Assembly (NCBI GenBank): GCA_963845065.1 | Contig: CAWJQQ010000005.1 | Coordinates: 32,001-96,000 of the forward strand | Reading direction: 5' to 3' | DNA length: 64,000 nucleotides | From: Nitrospirota bacterium | Lineage (GTDB): Bacteria; Nitrospirota; UBA9217 | Shown: in pieces, positions 63,429 to 64,000 of the stretch | Layout: each line of letters starts with the position of its first letter | Position numbering within the stretch: the stretch's first letter is position 1 | Made by a program: the position numbers and the translations under genes | The notes under the pieces: model-generated | Databases searched by the model: none | Told to the model about the DNA's origin: nothing | Seen by the model: the letters and a program-made list of their open reading frames with translations, nothing else

Positions 63429-64000
63429 ATGCGATTTTCAACTCCGTTGCTGTTGCTGACAATGTCTTTGAATGTTTTTGCCTGCACCACCATGGTGCCC
63501 CACAACCAACTCCCCTTCCCCCTCACCAACGATACCTTCGGCGAACAGGTAAAAGTGGTCACCGTGCCCGTCCCGGTCATCGCGAACAATCCCAACGAGG
63601 GACTCTACTTGGGCGCCCTAGCTGCGTTCCTTTTCCACAACAAGCAGGACGAAGTCAGCACGCTACTGGCCCCGCAGGTGAATTACAATCGGTACGTTGG
63701 CGTCACTAACTCCCTCTACGGCGCTTTCTACCCATCGCCCGTCCAGAACTGGGAGTTCAAAATCTCCAAGTCCGCTCGCGTCGACGAAAACTACAATCTC
63801 ACGTACGTTGACCGGTCGCTATTCGGCGGTAGGGCGGAGGTACGTTCTTATTTCTACATTTTTACCGATGGCTCCGCGCGTTTCTTCGGCTTTGGGCCCG
63901 ACAGCCTCCAGGCGAACCAGTCGAACTTCGGCGACAGGGAGTCGGGCATCACTTTGTCGCTGGCTTACGAGATTACCGGAAATCTTCAGCTGGTGGTAGG
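63429..64000 (+). CDS. Omp85/BamA-TamA-family outer-membrane (lipo)protein, 3'-truncated by window
   Basis: Open frame from the ATG at 63429 to the window end, absent from the ORF track: MRFSTPLLLLTMSLNVFAC (lipobox)...PVPVIANNPNEGLYLG...RFFGFGPDS; alternating beta-strand pattern. Confidence 0.7.
   Translation, partial: MRFSTPLLLLTMSLNVFACTTMVPHNQLPFPLTNDTFGEQVKVVTVPVPVIANNPNEGLYLGALAAFLFHNKQDEVSTLLAPQVNYNRYVGVTNSLYGAFYPSPVQNWEFKISKSARVDENYNLTYVDRSLFGGRAEVRSYFYIFTDGSARFFGFGPDSLQANQSNFGDRESGITLSLAYEITGNLQLVV

Noticed and set aside
63697..63999. 100-aa ORF in the track, and minus-strand ORF 63299-63595
   Set aside because: Alternative frames of the real open frame that starts at 63429 and runs off the window.

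Overview
Bacterial chromosomal window of moderate GC with AT-rich patches. The protein style suggests Nitrospirota or Desulfobacterota; that is an impression, not a placement. No rRNA, tRNA or CRISPR array was seen. From left to right: (1) an MFS transporter, a PP-loop tRNA thiolase, a divergent RelA/SpoT-like nucleotidyltransferase and an Att-type ABC/lipocalin operon (0.6-10 kb). (2) A ~28 kb stress/efflux region with a DHA2 MFS, two paralogous tandem-USP genes, rhodanese, nitroreductase, a NodT outer-membrane factor, TetR-YbhG/F/S/R-type ABC, MdtABC RND, HD-GYP and DrrAB-type ABC. (3) A compact candidate sphingolipid locus: cerR-like, spt and bcerS-like genes with a convergent AUR1/IPC-synthase-like PAP2 gene (40.4-44.7 kb). 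This is the best candidate for an under-described system. (4) A REC-HD-GYP / periplasmic binding protein / hybrid kinase signalling operon. (5) A decayed accessory stretch with many pseudogenes, an IS1380 remnant, a hairpin-rich MITE-like element, an orphan bcsG, an HpnG-like phosphorylase, an hpnI-like pseudogene and a partial Omp85-family gene. IS481-like and IS110 remnants lie earlier, at 32.7 and 46.5 kb. All family assignments come from motif recognition by eye; no database searches were run.
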